A DNA stretch of 64,000 nucleotides from an uncultured delta proteobacterium (GCA_963806225.1 CAWDXG010000001.1:1472001-1536000), one strand, 5' to 3'; shown: positions 29,556-40,892, counted from the stretch's first letter. The notes: generated by a model from the sequence alone, not told the origin. Made by a program: numbers and translations.

Positions 29556-31076
29556 GTGAAGATCGCGAGGAAATTCACCTTGGCGCTGGCGCTGGCGGCG
29601 TTCGCGGTCCTGACCGTCCAGGCGGTGCTGCGCGAGCAGCGGGAGGTGTCGTTCTTCGAGGCGGACATGCAGCACGATCACCACGTGGTCGGGCGCGCGT
29701 TCGCGGCGGCCTTCACCTCGGCGTGGCAGCGCGCCGGCCACGCGGAGGCGCTCACGCTGCTGCACCGGGCCAACCGCGCGGAAAACCACGTCAAGCTGCG
29801 CTGGGTCTGGCTGGATCATCCGGCAAGCGCCGCGCGAAAGCCGCGGGCGCCCGGGGTCGACCGGAGCGCCATCGAGACGGGCCGGGACGTGACGCGCGTG
29901 GTCCGCGGCGAAGGCGGCGCGATGTACACCTACATTCCGCTGTCGCTCTCCGGCGCGGGGCACCCGAGCGCGCTGGAGCTGGCCGAGCCACTGGACGAGG
30001 AGAGCGGCTACATCCACAGCACCACCCTCCGCACGGTGGGCACGACGGTGATCCTCGGCCTCCTCTTCGTGGTTCTCGCCGTGCCGCTCGGCGGCTGGCT
30101 CGTCGGGCGACCGATGCACCGTTTGATCATGAAGGCGCGACGCATCGGCAGCGGAGATCTCACAGGCCCGCTCGTGCTCGACACGCACGACGAGCTCGGA
30201 CAGCTCGCCGACGAGATGAACGCCATGAGCGAACAGCTCGCGCACGCGCAGCGTCGCATCATGGCGGAAGCCGGCGCGCGCATCGACGCGCTCTCGCAGC
30301 TGCGCCACGCCGATCGGCTCAATACGGTCGGCAAGCTGGCTTCGGGGATCGCCCACGAGCTGGGTTCCCCGCTCAACGTGGTGGCGGCGCGGGCCAAGAT
30401 GATCGAGACCGGCAGCATCGAGGGCGAGGAGGCGCAGCATTCGGCGCGCATCATCGGCCAGCAGGCGCGGCGGATGACCGGTATCATCCGGCAGCTGCTG
30501 GAGTTCGCGCGGCCGCGCGGGCCGAAGAAGGCGCGCCACGACATCGCGCACATCGCGAAGGAAACACTCGAGATGTTGCAGCCGCTGGCGGACAAGCAGC
30601 GTGTGCGGATGTCCCTGGAACCCGCTGACTCCGGCACCGAGCTGTCATTCGACGAGGGGCAGATGAGCCAGGTGCTCACCAACCTGGTTGGCAATGCGAT
30701 CCAGGCCATGCCCGACGGCGGAGCGCTCACTGTGCGTGTCTTCGGGCGTCGTGCGACGCCGCCGCCGGAGGTTGGCGGAGCGTCGGGGGACTACGTCTGC
30801 GTGTCGGTGGAGGACGAGGGCATCGGCATGACCGAGGAGGTGCGCTCGCGCATATTCGAGCCGTTCTTCACCACCAAGGACGTGGGCGAGGGGACCGGGC
30901 TTGGACTGTCCGTTTCGTACGGGATCGTGCGGGAGCATGGAGGCTGGGTGGAGGCCGAGAGCGAGCCAGGCAAGGGCTCGACGTTCACCATCTACATTCC
31001 GGCGCGGGCTGACAGCGTGAGGCCCGAGCAGCTCGAGGACGCACCCCGGCCGCGCCGTCTGGAGGGGCGTGCGTGA
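29556..31076 (+). CDS. HAMP-domain sensor histidine kinase
   Basis: Two TMs, HAMP (DELGQLADEMNAM), H-box GIAHELGSPL, NLVGNAIQAM, FEPFFTTK, GTGLGL. Confidence 0.93.
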   Translation: MKIARKFTLALALAAFAVLTVQAVLREQREVSFFEADMQHDHHVVGRAFAAAFTSAWQRAGHAEALTLLHRANRAENHVKLRWVWLDHPASAARKPRAPGVDRSAIETGRDVTRVVRGEGGAMYTYIPLSLSGAGHPSALELAEPLDEESGYIHSTTLRTVGTTVILGLLFVVLAVPLGGWLVGRPMHRLIMKARRIGSGDLTGPLVLDTHDELGQLADEMNAMSEQLAHAQRRIMAEAGARIDALSQLRHADRLNTVGKLASGIAHELGSPLNVVAARAKMIETGSIEGEEAQHSARIIGQQARRMTGIIRQLLEFARPRGPKKARHDIAHIAKETLEMLQPLADKQRVRMSLEPADSGTELSFDEGQMSQVLTNLVGNAIQAMPDGGALTVRVFGRRATPPPEVGGASGDYVCVSVEDEGIGMTEEVRSRIFEPFFTTKDVGEGTGLGLSVSYGIVREHGGWVEAESEPGKGSTFTIYIPARADSVRPEQLEDAPRPRRLEGRA

Positions 31077-31152
31077 GGCAACCTGCCTCACCTACGACAC
31101 CGTTGCCGCGCGGGACAGCATGAAATCACGAAGGTTCCGTGCTGTGGATAGC

Positions 31153-31168
31153 GGGCACGAGGCTTGCA
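31153..31168 (+). promoter_or_regulatory. Putative sigma-54 (-24/-12) promoter
   Basis: GGGCACGAGGCTTGCA has exact GG-N10-GC spacing and lies upstream of the response regulator. Confidence 0.65.
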
Positions 31169-31214
31169 AAGCACCGCTAGGGATATTCGCCACGCAAACT
31201 GAAGGGACGAATCC

Positions 31215-31676
31215 ATGTCGAACCCGCCCTCCATCATGACCGCTCATGGCGAGACCATGAGCGAGCGCCCGGCGAACGTGTTGCTGGGCGAAGACGACCC
31301 GGAGCTCCGGAGCCTGTTGGCCGACATGCTGCGCCGCGACGGTCACGCAGTGACTGAAGCAAAGGATGGCGCCGAGCTGCTCGAGCACGTCGCTGGCACG
31401 CTGGACGACTCGGGCGAGCTTTCGACGGTCGACCTGATCGTGTCCGACATCCGCATGCCGGGCTGGACGGGCATGGAGATCCTCGAAAACCTCCGCCACG
31501 TCGACTGCTGGGCGCCCGTGATCCTGATCACGGCGTTCGGCGACCCGGACACGCACGAGATGGCGGGACGCCTGGGCGCGGTGGCGGTGTTCGACAAGCC
31601 GTTCGACATCGACGATCTGCGCACGGCCGTGCTGAACGCGCTGGCCCGGTCGCCGCAGGGGCCGCTGCAGGGGTGA
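31215..31676 (+). CDS. Single-domain response regulator
   Basis: LLGEDD, DLIVSDIRMPG, LITAFG, FDKPF. Start may be 31257. Confidence 0.9.
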   Translation: MSNPPSIMTAHGETMSERPANVLLGEDDPELRSLLADMLRRDGHAVTEAKDGAELLEHVAGTLDDSGELSTVDLIVSDIRMPGWTGMEILENLRHVDCWAPVILITAFGDPDTHEMAGRLGAVAVFDKPFDIDDLRTAVLNALARSPQGPLQG

Positions 31677-31734
31677 GGGGGGCCAGATCCGGGGGATCTG
31701 GCGCCGCGGGGGCCGCGCATGATACGGGTGGCGC

Positions 31735-32643
31735 GTGACTCTGGATCCACAGACTGCTCCGAACATCGCCATCTTCTGCGACTTCGAGAACGTCGCCATC
31801 GGCGTTCGCGACGCCCACTACGATAGCTTCGACATCGAGCTGGTGATCGAGCGGCTGCTCGACAAGGGCAAGATCGTCGTCAAGAAGGCGTATGCCGACT
31901 GGGAACGCTACAAGGCGTCACGTAGGCCACTACACGAGGCGGCCTTCGAGCTGATCGAGATCCCCCACGTCTCGTACTCGGGGAAGAACTCCGCGGACAT
32001 CCGCCTCGTCGTGGACGCGCTCGACCTCTGCTACACGAAGGCGCACGTCGACATGTTCGTGATCGTGTCGGGCGACAGCGATTTCTCACCGCTTGTCAGC
32101 AAGCTGCGCGAAAACGACAAGACGGTGATCGGGCTGGGCGTGAAGAACTCGAGCAGCGACCTCCTGATCGAGAACTGCGACGAGTTCATCTACTACGACG
32201 ATCTCGTGCGCAACAAGCAGGGCGGTCGCAAGGGCGGCGCTCGTCGCGGCGCGCGTGCTGCGGACAAGGACAAGGACAAGGACAAGGACAAGGACAAGGA
32301 CAAGGCGACCAAGGGCGCCGCCCGTCCCGCGAAGAGCACCCGCAAAGGCAAGGACAAGGAGCCCGACGACGACGCCACAGACGAGGAGGCGCGCAAGCTC
32401 GAGGGGCTGGATCTGGTGCTCGACACGGTCGACGCGCTGTTCCGCGAGCGCGACGACAATCTGTGGGGCTCGATGGTCAAGCAGACCCTCAAGCGCAAGA
32501 AGCCGACGTTCTCGGAAACCTTCCACGGCTACCGCACCTTCAACGAGCTTCTGGAGGACGCGCAGCGCCGCGGCCTGCTCGAGCTGCAGAAGGACGATAA
32601 GTCCGGCGGCTACATCATCCTGGCGTTCGGTCCCAAGGCGTAG
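31735..32643 (+). CDS. NYN domain protein (LabA/DUF88) with C-terminal OST-HTH/LOTUS domain
   Basis: IFCDFEN, GKNSADIRLVVDA, VSGDSDFSPL, C-terminal KPTFSETFHGYRTFNELL. Confidence 0.9.
   Translation: MTLDPQTAPNIAIFCDFENVAIGVRDAHYDSFDIELVIERLLDKGKIVVKKAYADWERYKASRRPLHEAAFELIEIPHVSYSGKNSADIRLVVDALDLCYTKAHVDMFVIVSGDSDFSPLVSKLRENDKTVIGLGVKNSSSDLLIENCDEFIYYDDLVRNKQGGRKGGARRGARAADKDKDKDKDKDKDKATKGAARPAKSTRKGKDKEPDDDATDEEARKLEGLDLVLDTVDALFRERDDNLWGSMVKQTLKRKKPTFSETFHGYRTFNELLEDAQRRGLLELQKDDKSGGYIILAFGPKA
32263..32304 (+). repeat. Perfect (GACAAG)7 microsatellite encoding (DK)7
   Basis: Read directly; in frame within the NYN linker. Confidence 0.95.
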
Positions 32644-32681
32644 TCGGTTCTACCCGCCCACCCGCTCCCGCCGTAGTGCAC

Positions 32682-32707
32682 CTCGAGGGGGCTCACCGCC
32701 CCTCGAG
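32682..32707. terminator. GC-rich hairpin between convergent genes (terminator- or REP-like)
   Basis: CTCGAGGGG-N8-CCCCTCGAG perfect 9-bp stem; no U-tract. Confidence 0.45.
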
Positions 32708-32723
32708 CACCGCTCGCCGTTCC

Positions 32724-33630
32724 TCACGGTTTCGGGTGTGAAAGCACGAAGTCGATGACGTCGTCGCGCCAGGTGTCGTTGATGGCGGGGATGTGGCCTT
32801 CGCCCTGCATTGTCCAGAGCTCGGTGGTCGTGCCGTTCTTGCAGCCGTCGTAGCTCTCGACGGTCGTTTCCGCGCCGGGCTGGGCGTCGGTCAGGTCCAG
32901 CGGCGCGCCGCTCTTGGGGGTGGCGGAGCACCCGTCGAGCTTCGCCCAGTCGGCGACGCTCGTCTTCGCGCCGGGGTAGCTTGCGCCGGCGTCGGCGTCG
33001 CTGATGACGCCGCCGTCGTAGAGCACGGTCTGGTCGTCGCTGCCGTGGATCTGCAGGATGCTGACCGGCTCGCTGGGCTTGCACTTCGACACGTCGCTGT
33101 ACATCGCGCCGGCCAGGCTGACGGCGGCGGCGATGGTGTCGGCATGATCGCAGGCCATGCGGTAGGCCATGAACGCGCCGTTGGAGTGCCCGACCACGAA
33201 CACGCGCTTGGGGTCGATGTTGTAGATCGACTTGGCCTGGTCGATCAGGCTCTCGATGTAGGCGGAGTCGTCGACGCCGGTGTTTCCGAAGTCGCAGCAG
33301 GCGTCGGTGGCGTTCCAGAAGCGCTTGCCGCTCGAGTCCACGGTCCCGTCGGGGTACATGTAGATGAACCCCAACTTGTCGGCGCGCGCCTTGAACTGGA
33401 ACAGCAGCTCCTGCGCGAGGCCGCTCGCACCGTAGCCGTGCAGGAGGACCACTAGCGGGGTTGGCTTGGAAGGGTCGTAGCTGGCCGGCACGTAGGGCTT
33501 GACCGGCCGGTCGCCTCCGAGCGGCCCGGCGTCGGGAACGGTGGTCTGGTGCTGGCCCGTCGTCCGGCCCCTTCGACGAGCAGGCGGCCGGAAGCAGGCA
33601 CAGGGCGACACAGAGTGCGAGGCGACGCAT
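32724..33630 (-). CDS. PHB-depolymerase/LpqC-like esterase lipoprotein (frameshift near 33555)
   Basis: Signal MRRLALCVALCLLPAAC in one frame. PLVVLLHGYG, WNATDACC, GHSNG nucleophile elbow, QIHGSDD and GEGH in the other. Confidence 0.85.
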
Positions 33631-33669
33631 GTCCGGCATCTTGCCACCGTCGCCGCTCCGGGCGCCAGC

Positions 33670-34304
33670 TCAGGCGCGCGCGCGGGCAGGACGGCGAGGC
33701 GACTTCTCCCTTGGCGCCGGTGCCGTGCGGATCCCGAGGAAATCGCAGGAACTCCCGCGAGGTCTGCGCGGCTTTGCCCTGACGCCGCCGCCGCCGCTGC
33801 AGCCGGTTCCACTCGGCCACTTTCTGCTGGTAGTCGTCGGTGGCCGCGTCGTACCGCTCGTGCAGTTGTCGCATCGCGTCCACGTCGTTCTGTCCGTCGA
33901 GCTCGTACGGACACTCGGTGGCCTCGATCAGCTTCAGACGCCGGAGCGTTCCGTCGCGCTTGAATGTGGGGTCGAAGGGGAACGCGCGGCAGCCGAGCGG
34001 ACGGATCGAGTAGATGGTGCAGCGGTCGTCGGAGCCCAGATAGCGGCAGCCGCCGCGCCCCTGGCGCATCGTCATGATGCGCTTGCCCTGCCTGAGCATG
34101 ACGAAGGCCTCCGGCTCGTCGTCCATGTCGATGGCGTTCCTGTCCACCCAGCGGATGATGTCCGTTGCGGCGTGCGCCCGTGCCCTTCATGATGCGTTTC
34201 ACATCGGCGTCGGTCAGCGGGAGGATCGGGTCCTTGCAGCAGTTGCCACACTGCGTGCAGCGGAACTTGAGGCAGCGAAAGTCCGGTAGGCACGGGGCGC
34301 TCAT
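33670..34304 (-). CDS. YkgJ family CxxCxxCC cysteine-cluster protein (two frameshifts near 34175 and 33740)
   Basis: [10 protein letters not shown], then [26 protein letters not shown] in the next frame. 3' end reconstructed to TGA at 33670. Confidence 0.8.
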
Positions 34305-34413
34305 AACAGATCAACCGGCGGCCGCCCAGCCCGGAAACGCGCCTGAAACCAGCCACTCCAGAGCCCCATGGACGGCCTGCGCAGCGGCGCAGGATGTGCG
34401 ACACTATCCGCGG

Positions 34414-35523
34414 ATGTCGCTCAAGATCGACCAGGACCATTCGAGGTTCCGCAACATTGTCCGCGGCAAGATCCGGCAGAACCTCCGCCGCTACATCTCG
34501 CAGGGCGAGATGCTCGGTCGCAAGGGAAAGGACGTTGTCTCGATCCCGATCCCGCAGATCGACATTCCCCGCTTCACCTTCGGCGAGAAGCAGAGCGGCG
34601 GCGTCGGCCAGGGCGATGGCGAGGTCGGCGATCCGATCGGCGGCGAAGAGGGAGATCAGGAAGGCGCCGGACAGGCGGGGGAGGACGCCGGCGAGCACGT
34701 GCTCGAAGTCGACGTTACGCTCGACGAGCTGGCCGATATCCTCGGCGAAGAGCTGGAGCTGCCCGACATCGAGAACAAGGGCAAGAGCCGCATCATCAGC
34801 GCCAAGGACCGCTATACCGGCATCCGCCGCGTGGGGCCGGAGTCGCTCCAGCATTTCAAGCGGACCTACAAGGAAGCGCTGCGCCGCGCCATCGCCAGCG
34901 GCGTCTACGATCCGGGGCGCCCTCTGGTCGTGCCCCAGCACGAGGACAAGCGCTTCCGTTCGTGGAAGGAGGACCTCGAGCCGGTCGCCAACGCCGTCAT
35001 CATCTACATGATGGACGTGTCGGGCTCCATGGGCGACGAGCAGAAGGAGATCGTGCGTATCGAGAGCTTCTGGATCGATACCTGGCTGAGCCGCCAGTAC
35101 AAGGGGCTGGAGAGCCGCTACATCATCCACGACGCTGTTGCCCGCGAAGTGGACCGGGAGACGTTCTTCCGCACGCGCGAATCGGGCGGGACGATGATCT
35201 CCAGCGCCTACAAGCTGGCGGCCGACCTCGTCGACCAGCACTATCCGGCCGGCGAGTGGAACATCTACCCGTTCCACTTCTCGGATGGGGACAACTGGTC
35301 GATGGACGACACGCTCTCGTGCATCGAGATCCTCAAGCAGCAGATCCTGCCGGCGGTGAACATGTTTGCCTATGGCCAGGTCGAGAGCCCCTACGGCTCC
35401 GGGCAGTTCATCAAGGATCTGCGTGAGCACTTCGGGCAGGACGACCGCGTCATTACCAGCGAGATCCGCGATCGCGACGCCATCGTGAACAGCATCAAGG
35501 ATTTCCTCGGCAAGGGTAAGTAA
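34414..35523 (+). CDS. yeaH: YeaH/YhbH (DUF444) family VWA-like protein
   Basis: [46 protein letters not shown]. Confidence 0.9.
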   Translation: MSLKIDQDHSRFRNIVRGKIRQNLRRYISQGEMLGRKGKDVVSIPIPQIDIPRFTFGEKQSGGVGQGDGEVGDPIGGEEGDQEGAGQAGEDAGEHVLEVDVTLDELADILGEELELPDIENKGKSRIISAKDRYTGIRRVGPESLQHFKRTYKEALRRAIASGVYDPGRPLVVPQHEDKRFRSWKEDLEPVANAVIIYMMDVSGSMGDEQKEIVRIESFWIDTWLSRQYKGLESRYIIHDAVAREVDRETFFRTRESGGTMISSAYKLAADLVDQHYPAGEWNIYPFHFSDGDNWSMDDTLSCIEILKQQILPAVNMFAYGQVESPYGSGQFIKDLREHFGQDDRVITSEIRDRDAIVNSIKDFLGKGK

Positions 35524-37073
35524 TGGCATTCGCGCCGCGCATGGGCCTCCCGAGATACCTGCGGGTCGAGCAGGACAAGGTCGAGAAGATCGCCCGCGAG
35601 TACGGGCTGGACTTCTTTCCGACCATCTTCGAGATGCTGGCCTACGATCAGATGAACGAGATCGCGGCCTACGGCGGCTTTCCGAACCGCTATCCGCACT
35701 GGCGCTACGGCATGGAGTACGAGCGCCTCAGCAAGAGCTACGAGTACGGCCTCTCGAAGATCTACGAGATGGTCATCAACAACAACCCCTCCTACGCCTA
35801 CCTGCTGGAGGGCAACAGCCTGACGGATCAGAAGCTTGTGATGTGCCACGTGTACGGACACGTGGACTTCTTCAAGAACAACTTCACGTTCAAGGTGACG
35901 GATCTGGACGCGTCGGGTCACGTCGTCGACCCGATGCGGCAACGCGAGGGCGCCTACGAGCCCAACCGCAAGTGGATCGACAAGATGGCGAACCACGGCG
36001 CAGCCGTGCGCCGCATTGTCGATCGCCACGGCATTGCGAAGGTCGAGGAGTTCATCGATGTGTGCCTTTCGGTAGAAAACCTCATCGATCCGTGGTCGCG
36101 CTTCGTTCGCCGCAGCCGCGACGTCGAGGTCGAAGAGGAGCCGAGCGCCATCGAGGTCCCGCGCATGCGCGCGAAGGACTACATGGACGACTACATCAAC
36201 CCCGAGGAGTACCTCGAGGAGCAGAAGAAGAAGATCGAGGCGGAGCGCGAGCAGGCCAAGCGCTTCCCGGCGCAGGCCGAGCAGGACGTGTTGCGCTTCC
36301 TGCTCGACCACGGGCCGCTTGAACGCTGGGAGCGTGCGATTCTCGCCATCGTGCGCGAGGAGGCCTACTACTTCGTTCCGCAGATGCAGACGAAGGTGAT
36401 GAACGAGGGCTGGGCCTCGTACTGGCACTCCAAGCTCATGACCGAGCGGGTTGCCGACTGGAGCGAAATCGTCGACTACGCCGAGAACAACGCGGGCGTG
36501 ATGTCCACGGCCGGCGGGCGGCTGAACCCCTACAAGCTGGGCGTCGAGCTCTACCGGAGCATCGAGGAGCGCTGGAACAAGGGCCAGTTCGGTCGCGAGT
36601 GGGAAGAGTGCAACGACCTCGACGAGAAGCGGAACTGGGACCTCAGGCTGGGGCTCGGACGCGAGAAGATCTTCGAGGTGCGCGCGCTGTACAACGACGT
36701 GACCTTCATCGACGAGTTCTTGACGCCGGAGTTCGCGCTAGAGCACGGCTTTTTCACCTACGGCTGGTCGAATCGCAACGAGCGCTACGAGATCATGTCG
36801 CGCGAGTTTGCGCAGATCAAAGAGAAGCTGCTCTTCCAGCTGACCAACTTCGGCAACCCGTTCATCTACGTCGAGGACGGCAACCACGACAACCGCGGCG
36901 AGCTCCTGCTCAAGCACGATCACCGCGGAGTGGATCTGCGCGGCGACTATGCGCGCGAGACGCTGAAGGCGCTGGTGCGGTTGTGGAAGCGGCCGGTGTG
37001 CATCAGCACGCTTTTCGAAGGGAAGAAGGTGCTCCTGCGCTTCGACGGCAAGGAGCACACGGTGGAGCAGTGA
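35523..37073 (+). CDS. spoVR: SpoVR/YcgB family protein
   Basis: [59 protein letters not shown] overlap with yeaH. Confidence 0.94.
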   Translation: MAFAPRMGLPRYLRVEQDKVEKIAREYGLDFFPTIFEMLAYDQMNEIAAYGGFPNRYPHWRYGMEYERLSKSYEYGLSKIYEMVINNNPSYAYLLEGNSLTDQKLVMCHVYGHVDFFKNNFTFKVTDLDASGHVVDPMRQREGAYEPNRKWIDKMANHGAAVRRIVDRHGIAKVEEFIDVCLSVENLIDPWSRFVRRSRDVEVEEEPSAIEVPRMRAKDYMDDYINPEEYLEEQKKKIEAEREQAKRFPAQAEQDVLRFLLDHGPLERWERAILAIVREEAYYFVPQMQTKVMNEGWASYWHSKLMTERVADWSEIVDYAENNAGVMSTAGGRLNPYKLGVELYRSIEERWNKGQFGREWEECNDLDEKRNWDLRLGLGREKIFEVRALYNDVTFIDEFLTPEFALEHGFFTYGWSNRNERYEIMSREFAQIKEKLLFQLTNFGNPFIYVEDGNHDNRGELLLKHDHRGVDLRGDYARETLKALVRLWKRPVCISTLFEGKKVLLRFDGKEHTVEQ

Positions 37074-38335
37074 CGCGGAGCCGCCGCGGCTCCGTTGCGG
37101 CGCTCTGTGCGCTGCTCTTGTCGGGGTGTACGGGGCAGGGCGGAGCTCTGGCGCCGCCGCGGGCTATGGCGCCCGCGCCCGCGCCGGCGCCGTATCCGGT
37201 TGCCGCGACCTCGACCGGCAGATCGACGGCGCCGCCCGTCTGCGCGCCAGGCGGAACGCCGGGGCCGGATGGCGGCTGCGCACCTCCCATCGTCTCGACG
37301 GACGCGGGGACGCCGGCCCCATCGGCGCCCAGCCAGCCCAAGCCGAAGCCGGGCAGCGTGTCCGGCGGGCTCGCGCGCGGCACCGGCACCGCGGAGGACC
37401 GCGAGCTACTCGCCGGCGACAAGGCGTTCAATCTGGACGACCTCAAGGCCGCGCGGGCGCACTACGAAAGGGCCCGCGCGCTATCGCCGAAAGATCCCGC
37501 GGCGCTCATCGGGCTGTCGCGCGTTGCGCTGGAGGCGTCGGGCGTCGCGACCGACTACGCCGCGGCACCGAAGGACCGGCGCATCGAAGCGATCCTGCGC
37601 CGGCTCGACGCCGCGTTGCGCCTCGACAAGGACTACGGTCCGGCACACGTGCAGCGCGGGCGCGTGCTCTTGATCCTGGGGCGCGCGCCGGATGCGCTCG
37701 CGTCGCTGCAGCGCGGCGTGGAGCTGATGCCGCGCGATGCCGAGGCGCACTCGGCGCTCGCAGTGGGGCTGCTCGCAACGGGGAAGGCGAAGCAGGCGCT
37801 GGAGCACTTCCACACGGCCTCCCAGCTCGATCCGGACAATCCTGACCGGCTCACGAACCTCGGCACCGCGTACATGATGCGCGGGCGCGTCGCGGACGCG
37901 ATCGGCGCCTACAAGCGCGCGGTGGCGCTGGCGCCCGCCGACGCACGAGCGCACGGCGACCTCGGCACGGCGTACATCGCCGACGGCCGCGCGGACCACG
38001 CCTTGCCTGAATTGAAACGCGCCGTGCAGCTCGAGCCAGACCGCGCTACGTTCCTGTCGAACCTCGGCTACGCCTACCAGCAGCTTGGCAAGCTCGACCT
38101 GGCCGTTGCCACGGTGAAGAAGGCGCTCTCCAAGGACAGGAAGCTCGGCTCTGCCTGGATCAACCTCGGCACCGCGCTCGCGCGCCAGAAGAAGTACGAC
38201 GAAGCCGAGCGCGCGTTCAAGAAGGCCCTTGCCCTCGACCCGAGCGACCCCCGCGCCAAGGCGAACCTGGCGGACTTGGCGGAGCTCAGGAAGAAGAACG
38301 GTGGCGCTGCGGGGAAGCGCCCTTCCTCGAAGTAG
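37070..38335 (+). CDS. Tetratricopeptide-repeat lipoprotein
   Basis: GTGA overlap, lipobox LLLSGC, Pro-rich linker, multiple TPRs (NLGTAY...[13 protein letters not shown]). Confidence 0.85.
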   Translation: MTRSRRGSVAALCALLLSGCTGQGGALAPPRAMAPAPAPAPYPVAATSTGRSTAPPVCAPGGTPGPDGGCAPPIVSTDAGTPAPSAPSQPKPKPGSVSGGLARGTGTAEDRELLAGDKAFNLDDLKAARAHYERARALSPKDPAALIGLSRVALEASGVATDYAAAPKDRRIEAILRRLDAALRLDKDYGPAHVQRGRVLLILGRAPDALASLQRGVELMPRDAEAHSALAVGLLATGKAKQALEHFHTASQLDPDNPDRLTNLGTAYMMRGRVADAIGAYKRAVALAPADARAHGDLGTAYIADGRADHALPELKRAVQLEPDRATFLSNLGYAYQQLGKLDLAVATVKKALSKDRKLGSAWINLGTALARQKKYDEAERAFKKALALDPSDPRAKANLADLAELRKKNGGAAGKRPSSK

Positions 38336-38385
38336 CCTCTGCTGTTGCGCCGCGCGCAGTGCTGGCTCATTCTGCCAGCGGGACG

Positions 38386-39483
38386 ATGAAACGCCGCGAT
38401 TCGATTGCCACAACGGTGTTGCTGGGCGTCGCGCTCCTGGCTTCCGCATGCAGCAGCTCCGACTTCTCGGCAGCAGGCGCAGCAGGTGCAGCAGGCAGCG
38501 GCGGCGCGGCCGGGGGGGCCGCAGGCGCCGGAGGCAGCGACGCCGGGGTCTCCTGCCCGGCCTGTGGCGATGGCGAGTACTGCCAGGTTGCCACGGGGAA
38601 ATGTGTCGGCTGTGGCGACCTGTCGGAGCTGTCCTTCGGTCCACCGGAGGCGCTGACCGCGATAAACCAGAACCCGGCAGGCGGGCTGCGGTTTCCGCGC
38701 GTAGCCGGTCCGAACGGCGATGCGCTGGTGTACGTGGCGGACAACAACACGATGACACCGCCCGGGCACCAGATCTGGTTCGCGGCGAACCCCGACAGCG
38801 ATCGGGGTGCCAGGGTCAGCGATTCGGCCGTTTCTGCGAGTGGACCGCTGTACGTCAAGTTCGACTTCGTGGCGAGCACGACTTCGCATTTCCTCTACGA
38901 CCGCGTGAAGGCGGATGGACAGTCCACGGGCGAGCGCGATCTGTACGCCACGGAGGTGGGGCCTGGATCCATCCAGCCTTCCGGCGGGCTGCCCGGGCCG
39001 TTCAATGGCACAAGCGGAGCCGACGACTACAGCATTGCCGTGGCGCCGGATGTGCACCGCGCCTGGTGGATGAGCGACCGCGGCGGTGCGGGGCGCCGGC
39101 TTGTCTCGTTCGCCTGGGCTCCAGTGGGCGCCCCGCAGCCCGTCGACCTGAACGTCCGGGTGGATCCTCAGCACACCTGCACGCGCGCGGGCGACGACGC
39201 GACGCCGTGGGTCACGCCGGACGGCAAGCTGATGCTGTTCAGCGCGACGCGACTCGCGGTGGGGTGTCATCCCGCCGACAGCGGCAAGCGCGGCCTGTTC
39301 CGCATCGAGCTGGACCCCACCAGCGGTCGTCCGAGCTTCGGTGCGGTGGGCGAGCCGCTCGCTTCGCTCGTGCACAATGGCGTGGACCAGACCGATCCGA
39401 GCCTGTCGCCCGACCTCTGCACGCTGTACTACGCGGCCGACGACGGCACGGGTTTCAAGCTGTATCGTGCTCCCCGGCGCTGA
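38386..39483 (+). CDS. Lipoprotein with PD40/TolB-like beta-propeller
   Basis: Lipobox LASAC, Gly/Ala linker, Cys-rich module, repeats DATPWVTPDGKLMLFS and TDPSLSPDLCTLYY. Confidence 0.7.
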   Translation: MKRRDSIATTVLLGVALLASACSSSDFSAAGAAGAAGSGGAAGGAAGAGGSDAGVSCPACGDGEYCQVATGKCVGCGDLSELSFGPPEALTAINQNPAGGLRFPRVAGPNGDALVYVADNNTMTPPGHQIWFAANPDSDRGARVSDSAVSASGPLYVKFDFVASTTSHFLYDRVKADGQSTGERDLYATEVGPGSIQPSGGLPGPFNGTSGADDYSIAVAPDVHRAWWMSDRGGAGRRLVSFAWAPVGAPQPVDLNVRVDPQHTCTRAGDDATPWVTPDGKLMLFSATRLAVGCHPADSGKRGLFRIELDPTSGRPSFGAVGEPLASLVHNGVDQTDPSLSPDLCTLYYAADDGTGFKLYRAPRR

Positions 39484-40825
39484 CAGCCGCAGGCTCGCCG
39501 CACTGGTGTCGGCACTGGTGCTCGGTGCATGCACCCGCTGCGCGCCCCGCGAGCAGCACGTTGCCGGCAAGCGCCCGGTCGCTGCACAGGCGTTCTCTGC
39601 GCCCGCTCTTTCTGCGGAGCTGCCGCGCGATGCGGGAGACGCGCACGCAGCCGCGGATGCGCAGGCGGACGGAGCTGTGGAAGCCGCGCCCGCCCCGCGC
39701 GCGCTGGACCACGACGCCGTGAAAGCCCTGGTCGCCGACGCGCGCGCACGCAACAGCGCCGAATTGGTGATCCTGAAGGACGGCAAACTGGTCGGCGACT
39801 GGAGCTTCTCGAAGAGCCACGCGCCGATCCAGACCATGTCCATCACCAAGTCGGTGCTCGCGCTCGCAATCGGCTGCCTCGTCGATGCCGGGAAGCTCCA
39901 CGTCGACGAGCCGGTCTACGACTTCTTCCCGAGCTGGAAGACGCCGCCCTACGAGGCAGTGACGCTCTACGACTTGCTCACGCACAGCTCGGGGCTCGAA
40001 TGGGCGCGCTCGACACTGCCGATCTACCGGAGCCGGAGCTTCGTCGACATGACGCTCCGTTCGAAGCTCGTCCACAAGCCGGGCACCTGGTACCACTACT
40101 CCAATCGCGGAGCGAACCTTGTCAGCGGCATCGTGGGCAAGGCTAGCGGCATGCGCACGGACCGCTACGTCGACAAGGTGTTGTTCCGGCCGCTCGGCAT
40201 CCATCGCTGGTGGTGGCAGCGCGATCGAGTCGGTCAGCCGCAGGGCATGGCCGGGCTCCACCTCCAGCCTCGCGACCTGGCGAAGATCGGCGAGCTAGTG
40301 CGGCTGGGTGGCAAGTACGATGGACAGCGCGTCGTGAGCTCGAAGTGGATCCATCGCGCGACGGCGGAGCCGGCGAAGGTGCAGCCGACCAGTCGCCGGC
40401 TGGGCCTTCTGTGGTGGCTGGTGCCCGCGTGGACGCGCATCACGGTGACCAAGGACGTGCTGGACGGATGGCGCAAGGCAGGGGTCGACGCGGCGTTCGT
40501 GGATCGAGCGCAGCCTCTTCTGGGCCGGACGTTCACTTCCACCCACGCGTTCCTCGACGCGCTCCGCAAGGCCTACGACGATCCGGAACTCGAAGGCTTC
40601 CGCAGGAACATCTGGAAGCAGGATCTGCCCGACGCGCACTTCGACCTCGGTCCCACGGTCGGCAGCTATTCGGAAGGGACGCTGGGGCAGTTCGTGGTCG
40701 TGCTGCCGCGGGACGGGCTCGTCGCGGTGCGCATGCGTCGCGCGCCGAAGCATGCGGTAGACCGCAACAATCCGCGGCTGGTCTTCGTCGACTTTGTCGA
40801 GCGCGTGCAGAGGCTGGTTCACTAA
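39467..40825 (+). CDS. Serine hydrolase, beta-lactamase class C/AmpC-like family, exported
   Basis: SxxK (SITK), LLTHSSG, YxN (YSN), PRDLAKIG. Start approximate. Confidence 0.85.
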   Translation: MLPGADSRRLAALVSALVLGACTRCAPREQHVAGKRPVAAQAFSAPALSAELPRDAGDAHAAADAQADGAVEAAPAPRALDHDAVKALVADARARNSAELVILKDGKLVGDWSFSKSHAPIQTMSITKSVLALAIGCLVDAGKLHVDEPVYDFFPSWKTPPYEAVTLYDLLTHSSGLEWARSTLPIYRSRSFVDMTLRSKLVHKPGTWYHYSNRGANLVSGIVGKASGMRTDRYVDKVLFRPLGIHRWWWQRDRVGQPQGMAGLHLQPRDLAKIGELVRLGGKYDGQRVVSSKWIHRATAEPAKVQPTSRRLGLLWWLVPAWTRITVTKDVLDGWRKAGVDAAFVDRAQPLLGRTFTSTHAFLDALRKAYDDPELEGFRRNIWKQDLPDAHFDLGPTVGSYSEGTLGQFVVVLPRDGLVAVRMRRAPKHAVDRNNPRLVFVDFVERVQRLVH

Positions 40826-40892
40826 GCCGCTAGAATCAGCGGCGAAATTGCCTGAGAGCGTTGGGGCTTGACCGGCACGCCGGGCTCGGGCA

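Noticed and set aside
32724..34304. 526-aa ORF suggesting a YkgJ-esterase fusion
   Set aside because: Produced by indels. The esterase has its own lipoprotein signal at 33630 and the YkgJ body lies in another frame.
39467..40825. Antibiotic-resistance beta-lactamase
   Set aside because: SxxK and YxN are shared by the broad serine-hydrolase family. The KTG triad is replaced (SEG) and there is no mobile context.
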